A DNA stretch of 63,609 bases, the filler included, from Rhabdomonas costata (taxonomy: Eukaryota): the NCBI GenBank assembly GCA_019059605.1. It is 57 parts of 57 records of this genome, joined end to end, with 100 filler letters (N's around TTAATTAATTAA, not from the genome) between each part and the next. Parts side by side here need not be neighbours in the genome. Positions count along the whole stretch, not along the records: positions 11,177 to 12,194 come from JAHMHO010033268.1; positions 12,295 to 13,312 come from JAHMHO010033269.1; positions 13,413 to 14,430 come from JAHMHO010033270.1; positions 14,531 to 15,548 come from JAHMHO010033271.1; positions 15,649 to 16,665 come from JAHMHO010033272.1; positions 16,766 to 17,784 come from JAHMHO010033273.1; positions 17,885 to 18,902 come from JAHMHO010033274.1; positions 19,003 to 20,020 come from JAHMHO010033275.1; 49 more parts are not named here. One strand, written 5' to 3'. Each line of letters starts with the position of its first letter. The stretch's first letter is position 1. Position numbers and translations under genes: made by a program. The notes beneath the pieces were generated by a model. That model ran no database searches, was not told the origin of the DNA, and saw nothing but the letters and a program-made list of their open reading frames with translations. Below are positions 12,187 through 24,594 of the stretch, in pieces.

Positions 12187-14037
12187 CCCCACCCNNNNNN
12201 NNNNNNNNNNNNNNNNNNNNNNNNNNNNNNNNNNNNNNTTAATTAATTAANNNNNNNNNNNNNNNNNNNNNNNNNNNNNNNNNNNNNNNNNNNNTGTTTT
12301 GTGGGCCTTCGGTGGGGTGGGGCGCGCTGTGGGGCCGATTGGGCCCTGAGGCGGCGCCGGGGCCTTCCCTGGGGAGACGGTGACGCCACTGAGGGAGGCG
12401 TTCAGCTTGAGGTTCTGCTGGTGCACTCGGCAGAAAGGCGGGCTGGAGGCGTAAGAGACCTCCTGCGGGGAGTGAGTAGGATTGGTAGTCGACGCACGTT
12501 TTCACATAAAACCAGCCGATTTTCATTTCATCTTTGTGCCCAATTCCAACGGAAAATTATGAAAAAAAAAGTTCAACCAAATCAAAGCTTGATAACCGAT
12601 GAACGAAGAGCAAAAACACCAAAAATGACCTTACTCGATTATCATGCTCGATTACCGATTACCGTGACTCCCCTCCCACAGGGGTCGATCGATCCACCAA
12701 AACACGAATTCACCACTGGATTACGGATTACGATTGATCGATAAGTCGACTACTAATCCCAGGAGTGAGATTGGGATTCCAGGGTAAGATTAACTTCCGA
12801 AAATCGACGTTCAGTGCGTATGTTTCAGTTGAAATCCTGGGAACATATGAGGGAGCCCATCGATATTTGGAGCGTTCCGACGGGCTCCCTCATTTCCACC
12901 AAAGAGCTGTCCTCCAGAAATGCTGGCAAAGGGAAATAAAGCGCCTCTAAACGCAGGGAGATGGACTGAGCCAAAAACAAGAGTGTGCCTGCGCAGTAGA
13001 TGGGTGGAAAAGAACAGACAGAAGGTAAAGGGGAAAGACAGAAAGTGCAGTTTCGCATTTGCTTTCTCGTGGCCAGAACTGAAAAAAAAAGCCTTTTATT
13101 TTATGATTTCCCGTTATTCGACAAAAAGCCTCATCTTTGGCGAGATTTGCGAGGGTCGGTTGCGGAGAATGACAACGCATCAGTCCAGCATTTCACTCTT
13201 TTACTCTCTCATTCTTGTTTCATTATTTCTATGAAGCTGAACATCACGTAACTTGAGAGAGTAAAAGAGTGAAATGCTGGACTGATGCGTTGTCATTCTC
13301 CGCACCAACCCCNNNNNNNNNNNNNNNNNNNNNNNNNNNNNNNNNNNNNNNNNNNNTTAATTAATTAANNNNNNNNNNNNNNNNNNNNNNNNNNNNNNNN
13401 NNNNNNNNNNNNTGTGTCAACTCAAGATGAATGTCTGGTTGCTATGGTTGCTGGAGTTGAAAAGAAAAGTTGAATTCAGCATTCGACTGTTCAACTCTTC
13501 GATTGTCTCGCTGCGCTGGTTGGTACTGAGAAACGCTTTTCCTTCTGATGGTGATGTTCAAAAGCTGTCTTGGGCATAGTCCTTTGGCTCTTTCTGGGCC
13601 TCGGTGTTTGCACGTTGTCATCTTTTGTGGGGAGAGTGAAATGCAACCCAGGCAATCGGTCCAGTGACGTCAAAAGCCAGATACAGCTGTCTCGTGGGTA
13701 GGTTTCAGTGGTGGGACATGTTCAACCTTTCCGTTTTCGACAGTTAGCTGACTGCGGCGGTGCGTTTCCATGGAAAACTGAAGTTTTTCCAACAGGCCAA
13801 AAAGCCTCACCGCAACAGAGCGCAGGTGTAGGCGAGCCACGGTGTTCTCAGAGCACCACACATTTCGGTCAAATTGGTAGACAGGCGTCGGGAAGATGAA
13901 GGGTGATGGCAGGCAAAGACAGAGTCACGAATGGCGAGATTTCAGTTGCCACTTCCTTTTGTTGGGGACGAGTTAGACATGCCGGGGTAGTCTGACCGCA
14001 AGCATTCCGAAGTAATTGCCCCTTTTCCTTTTATCAG

Positions 14038-14424
14038 GGAACAAATCTTTGACCTGGTCGACCTCTATGAGCCTGCAACAGGAGTGCACTACTTCTTCAA
14101 AGTGGTGTTCGAGTACAGCGTGGAGACGCTGCTGTTTGAGGCCAAGTTGAAGGTCCCCGAGATTCAGGGGCTGAGGAGCACTTGCAGCGCAAACAGAGCG
14201 AGCTTAAAAAAAACCCCGGTCCTTAATCACTCCGAGCTTGTTCAAAACGAACACCGTAAACAAAGACAGGCAAGGTGACACCCAAAACGGTATCTATTTC
14301 CGCTCCCAGTAACACAAAGGAAAAATGTTCCATAGTAAACTCGTCCAATTGCGATTGCTGTCTTTTGACTCCGCACGACTTGGCTCAGGTGGCGCAGTTG
14401 GCGGCGTTTCTGCTGCAAGACAAC
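14038..14424 (+). CDS. Two exons (14038-14152, 14389-~14424) of a hypothetical protein
   Basis: GT-AG intron 14153-14388 joins FEAKLK|VAQLAAFLLQDN in frame. Confidence 0.6.
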
Positions 14425-14530
14425 CCACACNNNNNNNNNNNNNNNNNNNNNNNNNNNNNNNNNNNNNNNNNNNNTTAATTAATTAANNNNNNNNNNNNNN
14501 NNNNNNNNNNNNNNNNNNNNNNNNNNNNNN

Positions 14531-15548
14531 TTGTGTTGTTTTATCTTTGATACAAACAAAAATATCAATCCACGGTATTTTTAAATGTCTATTATTATCA
14601 AGATATAAATAATTATTTTCATTTAATTCAACATTATTTTGTTTTATAATATGATTTACTGTTGGTAAATAAAAAGCTACATTAAAAAATAAAATTTCAT
14701 AGGATTCAAAATTTTCACAAATTTGAGAAAATAAAATGTAATTTGTTGTATATTTACTGTAATATGGCATATTATTATCTAGTAAAATTTGTGTCATTTT
14801 TCTTTCTTGATTCTCGTTATAATGCATATAAATTTGTAAATGATTACATAATAATTTGTAAATTAATTGTAAAATATGATGTTTATAATCTTTTTTTTCA
14901 ACAATTACTAAAAAATCATTATCATCATCAGTTACATCAAAACAGTTGTATCTATGGACTGAAAAATAAGTATTACCGAATGGAAATATTTGATCATGTT
15001 TCAATATATTATTTTTTATTGCAATTGAATAAAATGTTTTCATTAATAGATAAGACAATGCTGTAAAATAAATATTATAAATATGTTTTGATATTTGTAT
15101 GATAATATGATCTATATATAGATAATGAGTCATAACATCTTTATTTATTTTTGTATTTAAATAATATAAAATTTGTTTTTGATCATGTGACAATTGAGTA
15201 TAATTTGTAACATCTGTATTTTGAATACTTGTGCCAATTAACATTTTAACATCCAATTCTGGTTCCCATGGATCAAATGGTGTAACAAATTTAATTTTAA
15301 TTAATTTTTTAACTTTATCTTGTAAAACTTTATTATCTATTGACATAACCATATGTAACATTATATAGTTGAATGTTTGACATCCATGAGATCGTTGAGT
15401 ATGTTGATTATTAATTTTTGTAAAAGTTGCATATGGGTTTGTTGTATAAACTTGAAATTTACTTTGATAGTTCCATGGTTTAACAACAAATCCTGCAAAT
15501 GTAAAACCAAATGAATTTTCCATTTCTAATAACCATGAACCAAAACCC
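14531..15548 (-). CDS. AT-rich intron-less partial ORF, divergent LicD/fukutin-family nucleotidyltransferase-like; probably non-host (giant-virus-like)
   Basis: Frame open across the whole contig (about 20% GC by eye); FGNTYFSVHRYNCFDVTDDDNDFLV resembles LicD GTLLGAVRxxxxIPWDDDxD; downstream PWIDIFV. Confidence 0.55.
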
Positions 15549-15693
15549 NNNNNNNNNNNNNNNNNNNNNNNNNNNNNNNNNNNNNNNNNNNNTTAATTAA
15601 TTAANNNNNNNNNNNNNNNNNNNNNNNNNNNNNNNNNNNNNNNNNNNNGGGTGTTGGGTGGGGGGCGGGGGCTCAGCTCCCGCGCCCCGGCAG

Positions 15694-16650
15694 CCCAACT
15701 TCTTGGCCTCTCCGCCGCGCTCCTTGTGCACGGGTTACGGCATTGCCGTGGATGTCTCCACCGGGGTGCTGGACTTTGTGGTGGAGGTGTACATGCCTGT
15801 CCTAACGCGTCCGCACACTTTCTGCTTCTTTGATACACGGATACCCCGTACCCTCTGTCTGTTCTCTCATTAAGTCCTATATATTCTCTTATGCTACAAT
15901 CCATAAACCAAATATACATTGTCTCCTCAGTGCCAATCGTCCCTCTTCTTCCTCTCCTTTAGCTCTCCTCCTTCACGTTTCGTTTCATAATGCCACTGCC
16001 ACCGTATTTGGAGTTGGTAAGAAATATCTCCCATTTGAAACGGGCCATTGTATTGGAAGGGGGGGGGGGGCGTTAAACGTTTGGCACTGCTAAAGGGTCA
16101 TAAATTTCCCAACCCCACTTAAATTAGAATTTGTCTTTCAAGGGGACACAGTTTACCTAACCCCCGTGCCCTAAAAATGACATCCCCAAAAGGTGTCTGA
16201 TTCGATCGTTCAGCACTGGTAAACGTTCAGCAGTGCTAAAAGGAGTATCGTTCACACCATGGATCGTCCCACCCCACGCACACTCCGGCCGCACCGCGGG
16301 GCTGGCGCTCGCCTTCGAACATAAAATAATCCCATTTGGTGCCTTATCCAGCGACAATTCCAAAAATCCTTAAAAGTCATAACCGTTGAGCAGTGCTGAA
16401 CGTTTAATGCCCCCCCAGATCTGTGGATGACCTTGGTTGTTTTTTTTGCTCATCACTTTTGTCATGGCATGCTTGTCTGCTTGCCTACCTGCCTGCCTCA
16501 CTGAATAAACCTCGAGTTGGTGTTTTTTTTGGGGGGGTTTCTTTTGCTATGCGCTGCAAATATCTTGTGGCAGGTGGGAATGCTGCAACGGCTGCTCCAG
16601 GGAGTGGGCCGGTGGGTAGTGGGCCTTGGCAGGGCCATTGCCCCGGTCCC
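15694..16650 (+). CDS. Two exons (15694-15786, 16574-~16650) of a hypothetical protein; the intron carries a MITE-like element
   Basis: GT-AG intron 15787-16573 joins GVLDFVVE|VGMLQRLLQG in frame. Confidence 0.55.
16064..16416. mobile_element. MITE-like element, about 350 bp, with about 38-bp imperfect terminal inverted repeats
   Basis: Left GGGGGCGTTAAACGTTTGGCACTGCTAAAGGGTCATA versus reverse complement of the right end GGGGGCATTAAACGTTCAGCACTGCTCAACGGTTATG; the terminus motif recurs in other contigs. Confidence 0.65.
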
Positions 16651-18279
16651 TCCTCCCAACACCACNNNNNNNNNNNNNNNNNNNNNNNNNNNNNNNNNNN
16701 NNNNNNNNNTTAATTAATTAANNNNNNNNNNNNNNNNNNNNNNNNNNNNNNNNNNNNNNNNNNNNGGGTGCTTGGTGTGCTTTGGATGCTTGTGTTTCTT
16801 CTATGGGTATAGGTGCGTAGGTGTTGGGTAGAATAGGATAGAGCAGAATGCAGTAATCCAGAACCCGAACTCAGAAACACGGAACCCAAAAACCAAACCA
16901 CAGAATTCGAAACCCTAAACCCCTAAAAACCCTAAAAATCAAAACAGGTGGTCCAGATTTACTGCACCACATCAAAAAATCACCTTCCGCGCAAAAGAAA
17001 TGGCCACAGTGGTGAAAAATTCTCCACCCCAATTACAGAATTCCACCACTTTCATAATTCCCGCATACACACATGATATGACATGATACAGAATGCCAAA
17101 AGGGTAGCCAAGGACCACCTATTCTGCATCAAAAGTGATAAAATACGCGTAAAATTCCCACCTACATAAAGGCCAAATACGCGCAAGAGGTTACACATAT
17201 GCTCACGTTCTGTAGCACTGACAGTGCACTTGAAACACGATTCTGACAGTGATTTTCACACGCATTTTGAGAGATATCCGGATATGTAGAATTATGTAAA
17301 TTCTTAAACGATGCTAGTAAAAGTGTAAAAAAGAATATTTTTTCATCTATTTTTCTTTTTTCAAGTGCTTGTATGCATTTGTGTATATGATATGATATGT
17401 ACACTTTATTAAAAATGCTTAACGTGTAAAAATCAAAAAACCAAAAACTTTAACAAATTGTAAAAAAAATAAAAAGATGAAATTCTGATAAAATGTTTAA
17501 AAGATGCACGTAAGACCATCTCACTTGCACCTCATATAATTCTGAAAAAGGGAGGGTTTATGTGGTGAAGAAGGGAGATGCAGGAAGATGCATCATACCT
17601 GCATCTGATACCCATAAGAGAGAAAAAGGCCTCTATGTTTGCTGGTCGTGTGTTCCTCGCACTAGCTCCAACCACACAACCTACCCAAACAGCATCGGCA
17701 ACAACTCCAACAGCAACACCCACTCCGAGTCCACTACAACCACTGACTCCTACTCCAATAGAAATACAACCGATACACACCACANNNNNNNNNNNNNNNN
17801 NNNNNNNNNNNNNNNNNNNNNNNNNNNNTTAATTAATTAANNNNNNNNNNNNNNNNNNNNNNNNNNNNNNNNNNNNNNNNNNNNGTGGTGGGTGGGGTCG
17901 AGGAGGCCAGGGAGCTTGCCGCACACACGCTGGTGGAGGAGGAAGCCGGGCTGCCGTTTGACAGCTACGTGGTGTGCTTTGTGCACCCGAAGATCATGCA
18001 GGTTTGAATCGTTGGTGGGTGGTCTGCCGTTTTTGGCCTCCCAACGCATATCTTGCAGTTAGGGTAAATTATTGCCAACTTGCCAAAGTTGTGGAAAAAA
18101 TAGAAATCATTTCAAAACAAAGACGGGTTGGGTTTTTGTAATGTGGTTTGCCCTGCATTTGCATGCGGTTCACCCTTATTGTCGAGGGATGTCGCGAATT
18201 GTTTTCTGTTAGTGCATTGGGGCTCACTGTCTCCCGTCGGCAGTTATACGTGTTCCACAGAGTTGTGTTTTGGGGTGAG

Positions 18280-18334
18280 AACGGATAGTACTGCTCAACG
18301 GATAGTACTACTTGAACGGATAGTACTGCTCAAC
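18280..18334. repeat. Tandem repeat, 3 x 17-18 bp (AACGGATAGTACTGCTC)
   Basis: Read directly from the sequence. Confidence 0.9.
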
Positions 18335-18612
18335 CTTTTTGGCTTTTGTAGACCAATGAACGATAGAAGGGGAGAAGCTCCGGTTAGCATATTGTTAAAA
18401 TTTTTACGCGTCAACTTTTATGCCTGCAGTTAGGCAAACTGTGTCAACTACTCTCCGCATGCATTTTTTTTTCAGAAAATGGAGGCCAGAGAGATTGAAT
18501 GTGAATTAACCGCTAAACGTTTAACTCCCTCCCAAAAAAAACTTCAGCCCCGCATTCTGTGTGTTTGTTTCTATCCTGACCTCGTCCGGGAACTTCCCTC
18601 TCTGTGTTTCAG

Positions 18613-18771
18613 GTTTACCTGGAGGTCGTGCGCAACTTCGCGGCCAATACCGAAACCACCAACCGCTGCCTTGCCCGGATGCTGCACCGCGTAGCTTTCC
18701 GGCTGAAGATGGCCCCTGTGCTGTTCCATTTGGGCTACCTCACCGCCTTCGACCAGATCCTCTCCACTCCG
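18613..18771 (+). CDS. TIMELESS: Exon of TIMELESS/Tof1/Swi1 replication-fork protection protein
   Basis: YLEVVRNFAANTETTNRCLARMLHRVAFRLKMAPVLFHL resembles TIMELESS YxxLLxxYxxNSxxTNHCIVKMLHRLAxDLKMxxLLFQL; ttcag| acceptor and |gtgcac donor. Confidence 0.8.
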
Positions 18772-19935
18772 GTGCACCAATCACACACAGGGGCCATCTT
18801 CAGCCGGAAACCACCAACCGCTGCCTTGCCCGGATGCTGCACCGCGTAGCTTTCCGGCTGAAGATGGCCCCTGTGCTGTTCCATTTGGGCTACCACACCA
18901 CCNNNNNNNNNNNNNNNNNNNNNNNNNNNNNNNNNNNNNNNNNNNNTTAATTAATTAANNNNNNNNNNNNNNNNNNNNNNNNNNNNNNNNNNNNNNNNNN
19001 NNCCACGGGGAGGGCCACTCGCTTCCCAGAGTGGTGCCCCACCACTGGAGCTGAGAACTAGACCACAATCCCTTGCGTCTCGTGCCTTTGGTCCTTTTGG
19101 TGCGTCATAAAAGCCGTTGGAGGTTCTTCCCGTTTCCGTCGTGGGAGGCTTCTTAGAGTATAGGTCTGTGCATGTGTATTCTGTGTAGGAGAACGGCCCC
19201 GTCTTTGCGTTTTCCCACCTTGTGGCTTGAACTGCGGCTTTCTGCGGCATCGGTCGATGATATACTGCCTTTTCTGCGAGGGAAAACAGGCGGGAAAGGT
19301 GCTCTGGATCCTTACGCATGCTGCTTATCGGAGGACCAGAACGTGTTGCACTTGTTCCCAGCAAATGAAGAGAAATTTCTTGTAAGTGGATCGCGAGGCC
19401 TGGAGACCGAAGGTTTTGCTGCCACGTCTCCTCTCCTAATAACCGGAACCCAGATAGGGCCCTGAGAAGTGACTCGAGGGAGCACGAAGACAACAACATG
19501 TCAACTCCTGCTTTTGTCGATTCCGAAACTACTCCACATAAAAGATGTTGTGGTTTTCCCAGCTCACTGCCAACTCGTAAAACGTGAAAAGGTAAATCGT
19601 CCCGCGCACCATGACGCTTATGGTTTCTGCTCCATTTTGTTGGATTCGCTTTGCAGTGTTGACGATATTGCAAACATGCTGGAGTCCGAGAAGCAGGGAA
19701 AACGCCTAGTTGTGTCATTGATTGTTAAATCTCTCTGTTATAAAAAAACAGAGAATTGAAGAACGGCATCGTGTTTGTTGTACACCTTGTTGCCGGGACA
19801 GGCAATCGTGATGCGCTGTTGACTTTACATTATTCTTTTACGTTTTTTTTTTGGTTTTTCTCCTCCTTCGGAGAATGAGAAATATCCAGTGCCCTCGACC
19901 CGTGGCAGTGTTCCGCTGCCAGCGGGGAGTAACCT

Positions 19936-19990
<55 letters not shown>
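19936..19990. repeat. (CCTGTG)n microsatellite
   Basis: About 9 perfect hexamer copies. Confidence 0.95.
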
Positions 19991-19992
<2 letters not shown>

Positions 19993-20621
19993 TCCAAAAC
20001 ATCGGTCTTCCCCAACAACANNNNNNNNNNNNNNNNNNNNNNNNNNNNNNNNNNNNNNNNNNNNTTAATTAATTAANNNNNNNNNNNNNNNNNNNNNNNN
20101 NNNNNNNNNNNNNNNNNNNNGGTGCCTTCACAACCGCGCCCACCCAACGCACACGTGCACACAGATATATACACAGCCCCACATCCCTCTCCGCAGCTTT
20201 GGAGTCAGGGGTTGTGTATATATCTGTGTGCACGTGTGCGTTGGGTGGGCGGGGTTGCTTTTCTCGACCTCTTTGTTTCAAAATGACGCTGTTCTGGGAT
20301 GTACGGGGGTCAAAGCTTCCCTGGGCTGCCAGTGCCTTCCGTTGCGCCACACTGGTGGGAAAACGGGGCCATCACGTGAGAAGCTATTGGATGCACCCTG
20401 TGCCTGAACTTTTCGGCCTTGCCTCCAGTGCTGTTTCGCCGGCGTCCTGTGTCTGACTGAAGTGCTAATGAAAGCCTCACTCCTTTTTTCTCGCCTTCTC
20501 TGAAGTTTGTGGTAGGGGCCCTTCCCTCCAAATTTTTATCTGCTCTTTCTCAGCGCCCCTGCTTCCCTTCCCATTCCCTTCTCCCAGCACCCTTTGGAGC
20601 CCACTTCTTTCGCTCTGCGAG

Positions 20622-21138
20622 TTGCCCCGTGCACACATGGAGCTGGTTTTGCGAGACCGAGTTGACAAGGTTCGCAAGCTTCCCCTCCGCGAGGCTACAC
20701 AAAAGCTGCAAGGAGTGACGTTCTATAACCCAGATACCCAGACGACCACCATCTTCGACTTCAAAGTCGCGTTCTCACTCGCGCACGGGCCGAGCGGCTT
20801 CGAGGTGTACGTGCAGTATGCGACAGAGAAGGCTCCCAAAGAAGTCCGTGAAAAGATGAGCGTCGATTGCATTGCCGCCCTCGAAATCTACTCCGGCACC
20901 GTGATGCGCTACTTGCTGCCTCAGCTGATGGCCGACCAAAAGTCCCCGCGGTTTTCCGACGCCCTGCCCTTCGCAAAGCTGGTGCTGGAGGGCCTGCGCA
21001 ACCTTCCGCCGCAGTTTCAGGTCATTGCGAAGACGGCCTTCCACGCCGAAGAGTCCCTGCACAGCGAGAAGATCTTTTTCCACAGCCTGACCTCGTTTCA
21101 GAGCCCCGACTCGCTTCCAGGGACCCCTGCCACCCCAC
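20622..21138 (+). CDS. ADP-ribosyltransferase (ARTC/R-S-E clade)-like domain, partial and divergent
   Basis: IAALEIYS...PFAKLVLEGLRNLP...TAFHAE...FFHSLTSF parallels the ART pattern AIxLYT...PYxxLLxxALxxLP...VYRG...WxxFTSTS. Confidence 0.5.
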
Positions 21139-22557
21139 NNNNNNNNNNNNNNNNNNNNNNNNNNNNNNNNNNNNNNNNNNNNTTAATTAATTAANNNNNN
21201 NNNNNNNNNNNNNNNNNNNNNNNNNNNNNNNNNNNNNNGGGGGGTGGGGGCGCTCTCGATCTGGATGTGCTGCAGCCGCCGCAAGGCAAAGCAGCTCCTG
21301 GAGACCCTCCGCAACGCCGCCCCGGCGTCACTTGGGGGTCAGCAGGGCCCCGCAGCGCAGAAGTTGGAGGAGGAGCACTAAGGATGAGAGTAACGGGGTC
21401 CCCCTCGCTTCGCCGGCATTGCCGGAATGGGGGCTTGGTCAACGGGGTCGGCTCTCTTTGTTGTTGCCGCAGGCTTCCAGGAGTGGCGTCTGGGTTTTAT
21501 TTGCTCCAGTTCTTGGGTCTGCGCAGCCCGTTGTCTGCACACCTTATTTAAGTATCTTTGCACATCTTATTTAAGCATCTTTGCGATCAGCTTCTACCCG
21601 AGCTACTGAATATGCGGTTAAGTGCTGATGCTCGATTATTAGGAAGGAGGCGGGAGGATTATTAGCAAGGTAGAGGGGACGTCCCGCAGGAATCGTTTTA
21701 CAATACTGGCCCTACTGGCCCTGGCTTTCCACACGTACGCTAATGATTTGCCCCAAGTGATTCCAAAATAACGTTGCGCCCATGGGCACGGACTAGCCAA
21801 TTCATAGATGGAAAACTCTTCTATCGTTCGATGCGAGCAGCGGCAGCCCCCGCCCAGCTGCGCACCCGATACACCTCACCCGCAAAGTCCTTTTTCGGAT
21901 CATTTCTGTGGCCTCATGTATTTTTCCTGTGAAATGGGGTGCGGTGTGTTGGGCTGAGGTGAGATTTCGCGCCTGTTTTTTCTTTCCTCCTTTAGCTTCG
22001 TGCTCCTTTGAGGAGCTTGTTGGCGTTTGGATTTTTGCCATCGTACCGTACCGCAGGAGCTTTCTTTGTCGAGACTCCTTTGCATCTGCCGCTCTCCCAA
22101 CTGGTGCTTTTTTACCGGCGGGCAGGTTATACAAAACGACTCTGCCGCTGGAGTGCCTTTATCTCAAAGACTTTCCCTTTCCGCTCCACTCTGACCAATC
22201 GCTCTTTCGAGGCGAAAACGGCGACACACGCACCAACAACCCAAACACACCACACANNNNNNNNNNNNNNNNNNNNNNNNNNNNNNNNNNNNNNNNNNNN
22301 TTAATTAATTAANNNNNNNNNNNNNNNNNNNNNNNNNNNNNNNNNNNNNNNNNNNNGGGTTGGTCACTGAAATACGTCCGTTAGGGTCTGGCGTGCACGA
22401 GCGCAAACGGACGTATTTCAGTGACCGACCGAGAGAGAAAGCGAAAGAGACTCATCAGACCATCAATAGCATTATATGTGTGGACGTGAAAGACAGGAAA
22501 GAGGATCCTGGGCATCAAGCAAATCCCACCCACCCACAAACACGGAAAGGCGGATAC

Positions 22558-23052
22558 CATCACCCCAGAGCTTTCTACGACCACGTCTGTGTCGGCCAGT
22601 ACCCCATTGCCATTGAGATTTCGGGCCGAGACGGTCATCGAGGTCAGCCTGTTGGTGGCCATTCCCTTCCGGGAGGTTGCAATCGAGGAGTGGGCCATGG
22701 CCCGCTCCAGGGCCTTTGAGATGACCCCCAGCCTGTCCATGATGGAGTCCATGAACAGGCCCGTGTCTGGGGCAACCTCGGAGCCATCCACAGGCGCCAG
22801 CTTGGTCAGCATGGCCACCACGACGGGCCGCAGTTTTGCCGCGCGGTGAACGCTGAACTTCAGCTGCACGGCGTCCCGGACGTCCTGCACAGGGCTGAAG
22901 TCATCGTCCAGGGACATGCTCTCGCTGGCGTCAATGAAGCTTTCCAGGTAGAACTCGACGGCGGAGGTGAGGTAGGTCACGGCGTCCTTCCAGCACTCCC
23001 CAAGGCTGAGGTAGTGGCCCACCACGTCGTAGTTGGTAGCAGTCTTGTCAAC
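22558..23052 (-). CDS. 495-nt exon; N-terminal part resembles the TPR-like region after STAND NTPases (soluble adenylyl cyclase-like proteins)
   Basis: ttttcag| acceptor, atg|gtatcc donor; VVGHYLSLGECWKDAVTYLTSAVE resembles LAHHxxxAxxWxKAVxYLxxA. Confidence 0.5.
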
Positions 23053-24594
23053 CTGAAAAGGCAAAAGCCTGTAGTTGGCGGTTGTCTACGTTGGTTTCCG
23101 GATGATTATGCTGCCAGTGGTGGGTGAGGAAGGTTAAGGTCAGGACAAGTGCAAGAACTAAGGGCAAGGCAGGCTCTTTGCCGCAGCTGTGGGCTGTGAT
23201 ATCGAGCAGGCGAGAAGTCCGGAAAAACAGATAAAGAAACAAAAAAGCAAACAGGTGATGTTGGGTTGCAGAAGGTTGCTGATGTTGGGTTGCAGAAGGT
23301 TTTTCAGAAGGTTGCTATAGAATTCACACAAAAGTATAAGAGAAACACAGCTGGGGTAGGCGGGGACACGGGCTNNNNNNNNNNNNNNNNNNNNNNNNNN
23401 NNNNNNNNNNNNNNNNNNTTAATTAATTAANNNNNNNNNNNNNNNNNNNNNNNNNNNNNNNNNNNNNNNNNNNNGTTTTGGTGTTTGCTTGAGTCAGCAC
23501 CAGACCAAAGGTAAAGGTTCTTCTGGAAGTCCCAGTATATGGTGAGATCAGTGGGAGAAATTCCAGTTTTTTTTAGGGATTCGGGGCCTCCCACGGCGCC
23601 CCTCCGTTGTTTTTGTAGTATCTCTATCCTTGGAGGAATCTGGGCCTCGGCTCAGATTTCTCCTCTCCCCCCAACACCGCTTCCCCGGTTTTTTGCATGG
23701 GGTTTTTTCTGTGTATGCGCAAGATTCAAAAAAATGCCGAGTGAACGAAGATGGATGGATGGAGGAGTGGGGGACAGTACAGTGGGGTGAGCTGCAGGGC
23801 CATTTCTGTTCATTGCTTTGAGTGCCGCATCAAGCCTGCCTGCGGCTTCCTTTCAGTTCCAAACCCCGGTGAATTCTGTAACCTGTAACCGCACGCACAG
23901 GCCATATTTATGGTCATTGTTCTGCGCAGAGCGATTCGACCAACCGATGCGAAATGACAGTTGCACACACACCACGCATGCCAAATCAGAGTTCCCACAT
24001 ACATGCACAGGGTGCCCAGATACCTTTTCCTTTTTTCCTGCGGTTTCCCCCTTCCCCGCGTGACGTGCGTACATACAAAGAGAAAGAGCGAGACAGCGAG
24101 CCGCATGCGCGCACTTATTTCAGTTCCTTTAAGTGGCGATGCAATAGTCACGCGGCCGTAAATAAGCTGCGTCCCTTTCCTTTGAGATACGAGTCGTTTG
24201 TCGCTGTTAGTAAGGTCTGTTACAGAGGGAGAGGATCCCCTCCACCTCCACAATGCGTAGTGCGGAGCCGCGTCTACTTTGCGGTTTTCCCCGCCGGTGA
24301 GATCTGTCACCCCGTTTTCACATATACCGACCGGTAACAGCCTTTCTGCTGGCCTCTAAAGCTGCCATGAGAAAAGGCTAGTTTGCCAGCGACAGTGAAG
24401 TGAGAAAAGTTCACTCACAGGGTTCCCCTCCACCTCCCTCTTTCCGGTAAGTTCATACATTACCGAGAGGGCTGTACCCCTGCCCCAACAAANNNNNNNN
24501 NNNNNNNNNNNNNNNNNNNNNNNNNNNNNNNNNNNNTTAATTAATTAANNNNNNNNNNNNNNNNNNNNNNNNNNNNNNNNNNNNNNNNNNNNTT

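Noticed and set aside
16910-16938. CCCTAAA telomere-like motifs (also TTAGGG near 52156-52190)
   Set aside because: Only 2-3 degenerate internal copies; not a telomeric tract.
18789-18894. Apparent exon duplication/inversion in TIMELESS
   Set aside because: A short inverted piece plus an identical direct copy of 18652-18739 at the contig end indicates a template-switch artefact.
19003-19718. Long minus-strand ORF of about 240 aa
   Set aside because: No recognisable motif, start or splice signals; cannot be called beyond an open frame.
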